This document shows positions 61,707 to 64,000 of a stretch of 64,000 bases of DNA, one piece after another. Location: positions 1-64,000 of the forward strand of contig MU004236.1 in NCBI GenBank assembly GCA_010405405.1. Reading direction: 5' to 3'. Below the pieces are notes generated by a model that ran no database searches, was not told the origin of the DNA, and was given only the letters and a program-made list of their open reading frames with translations. A program made the position numbers and the translations under genes. The stretch's first letter is position 1. Every line of letters starts with the position of its first letter. The DNA comes from Microthyrium microscopicum. Its lineage: Eukaryota.

Positions 61707-61890
61707 ACTGTCGTTGACGAAATAAATGGCGTGCTCCCAGCGAGTGCGATGGCTCCCATAGAAGACGATCTGCCATCGAGCGCGTTCAGACTTGGACGTT
61801 TCATTGAAGGCGATAGGAAATACAACATTTTCATTGAATAGCGTTCGTATGAGCCATGGACGCTGATGTGAGAACGCCGTGCATCGGTTG
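61707..61890. mobile_element. MITE-like element, copy I (184 bp)
   Basis: gacgaaataaatggcgtgctcccagcgagtgcgatggctcccat ... gagccatggacgctgatg..cggttg; flanks AGGTTG/AGGTTG. Confidence 0.65.
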
Positions 61891-62245
61891 AGGTTGATGG
61901 ATGACAGACGACAACGTCCTCGGACCGTTGCGGTAACTACAGGTACCAGGAACCGGGATCCGACTCCGTCTCAGCATTGGCTTGCCTTTGCAATGAATTT
62001 CGACGTGTCACAAATTCAATCATGACATAAAACCTGTTGTAAATTTCAGCTGCCTACATTGAATCCTTCAAAATATACAATCAAGCCCACCTCAACCCAA
62101 AAAATTCCGTCAAGCCATCCTTCGGGGCACCAAACCCATCACCACCGAAATCCAGCCTTGTCTTCAGCCTTATCCGTCCACTAGCTCAATCAAAAGACAT
62201 CCCAAGCGATATTGATAGTCCACGCTACATACAGCCTCCAACGTG

Positions 62246-62840
62246 ATGGCATCTGCATCAGGAAGCTCAATGATCCCCACCAGACCATCCGCCTCAACCC
62301 CCGCCGCCATCACCCATCCCAAAATCCGCACCTTCGAAGAAGAGCAACAGCTCGACGAAGCAACTCGCATCCTAGAAGGCCAAACAAACCTCATCCACCA
62401 TGCCACAGACATGAACCAAGTATGTACACTCCTGCCTCTCTCCTTTCCCCTCATCCCTCCCTATCACACCACGGACTAACACCTCCTAGTCCCTGCCCCA
62501 AACAAAAGCCTACTTCACCCGTCTAGCCCACAGCATCACCCAAGCCCCCGAACCAGACTGGCCCATGATAAACAACCGCACGACCACCGGCTCACCTTTA
62601 GCTGGCACGATCGCGACTCCTTTGCGCCGATATACCGGCAAGACAGCTTCGTCTCCTGCTCCACCGACATCTGCGCCACTGAGTCCGCGAAAGCATGTGC
62701 TGGTTGAGGAAGCGAGTACTGGACGGAGGCGGGCACCGCCACTGGATGATGTGGAGATGGGCGAGAGTGGTGGGAAGGATACGGGGAAGGCGAGGAAGAA
62801 GAGAAGGAGTGGGGCATTGGAGAGTGGGAGACGGCATTAG
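62246..62840 (+). CDS. Hypothetical protein with basic C-terminus (possible NLS); 1 intron
   Basis: Intron 62420-62489 (gtatgt..ctaac..tag) joins ORFs 62243 and 62565 in frame; C-terminal ARKKRR. Confidence 0.75.
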
Positions 62841-63230
62841 AGTAGCTGTGTGATGGGAAAGGGTATGAAGTTATGGAGGATTGAGCTATGGATGATGGTC
62901 AGATGGTTCTGGACTTGGTGTATAGACTTTAGACAACGATTTGCAGGGAGCAAAGACATAGAAGGCGCGTTTGAGTGTTTACATTCATGAATTATATCAT
63001 GAGGCATACCGAAGAATGCCAAAACAATATCTCCCAAGGGCCAAGGCCTATTCAGAGCCAATATGCATCTCCAACTCTTCAATAATAATGTAGTCCATCT
63101 TCATAATGACAGGCTTTAAACCGGCTTCATTCCCATTTTCTGCGTTTCATGACGTCTTCATATGTACATGTTAATATCTTTGCATAATCCACATCCAATA
63201 ATCCACATCCATCTGATAAAATGCTTCCCA

Positions 63231-63488
63231 TCAAATGCCTTCATCCATGCCCACATTTCTCCACCAAGCGCCTTTAGTTTCATCATCAGCCCCCAACAAC
63301 TCTTCCGCATCACCAACTTGTCTTCGTTCGCTGATTTCGGGGAATGGCTGTGATTTGAGCCGCATGGTTTTGGCGGCAAGGAAGGATGCGGTGGAGCGGT
63401 TGGAGAGGGAAGAAGGAGAGCGGCTTGCAGTCGTCAATCCTTGCGGCGTCTTTCGGGCCTTCAAGGCGCCGCTCATGACTGGTAATTG
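63231..63488 (-). other. Candidate stop-codon readthrough extension of PDK (85 codons in frame)
   Basis: CAA TAA CAA TTA context, downstream stem-loop, open frame QLPVMSGALKARK...WWRNVGMDEGI*. Confidence 0.6.
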
Positions 63489-64000
63489 TTATTGTAGAGG
63501 CTCTGAGGATGAGGAAAGTCTGTTGAGGTGTAGGTAGACGTCTGTTCCGTAGCTATATTGCTGTTAGTTAGACTGTCTAGGTTGGTACGATGGTTCGGCA
63601 ACTTACCCTTCCATGCTGATAAGCTTCAAATCACCTCCAAAGTACCGTGCGTATAGCCTCGATATGGGAAGTCCATAACCGAATCCTGCCATAGGTGCCT
63701 TAAAGTCCGACTTGTTGAAATCGGGGTCCAGGTTCGGAGTTTGATCCACGGTAGTATACATGTACGTCCAAACCAAAGGTATCGCAGATCTGGCAATTCC
63801 ACCTCCTTCATCCGATATTTTGATAGTGATGTCCTCTTTTCCCTCTGCCACAATGACCTTGGTGACTGGAAACTCGTCCTTGTCTTGTCCATGAGTTTCC
63901 ACCACAGCACGTAAGCTGTTTTTGAGAGTTTCGAATAGCATGTGCGATAAATGTCCAGGAACATACATAAAATTGATTTCCGGATTGCAAACAAGTTGAA
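63489..64000 (-). CDS. Mitochondrial pyruvate dehydrogenase kinase (PDK/BCKDK family), 3' part; continues beyond the window
   Basis: GHKL motifs FETLKNSLRA, ISDEGGGI, YMYTT, PMAGFGYGLPISRLYARYFGGDL. Intron 63553-63606; last exon YGTDVYLHLNRLSSSSEPLQ*. Confidence 0.95.

Noticed and set aside
63231..63476. 81-aa ORF as an independent gene
   Set aside because: Its ATG is only 12 nt after the PDK stop, in frame, with no room for a promoter; readthrough extension or chance 3'-UTR ORF fits better.

Overview
Left end of a filamentous ascomycete (Pezizomycotina) chromosome. It opens with a (TAACCC)n telomere and a ~13 kb decayed subtelomere holding degenerate repeats, a RIP-destroyed Fot1/pogo transposon and pseudogenes. 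About 21 mostly intron-containing genes follow: a PTS1 acyl-CoA ligase/SDR/Zn2Cys6 trio, HsbA-like, split F-box, HRD3, PMP3, MET8, bZIP, a Zn2Cys6+NmrA pair, BIM1, VAM7, GH5 mannanase, Clr5-TPR, AA9 LPMO, DUF726, ferric reductase and the 3' end of a pyruvate dehydrogenase kinase. Two unannotated signals stand out. (1) The PDK stop codon sits in the TMV-type readthrough context CAA-TAA-CAATTA, followed 7 nt later by a GC-rich stem-loop and an open 85-codon in-frame extension. (2) A dense family of ~9 diverged ~200-bp palindromic MITE-like elements has apparent 6-bp target duplications, lies mostly just 3' of stop codons, and carries a CCATC-N6-GATGG motif that also forms a subtelomeric array. 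All calls were made by eye; no searches were run.
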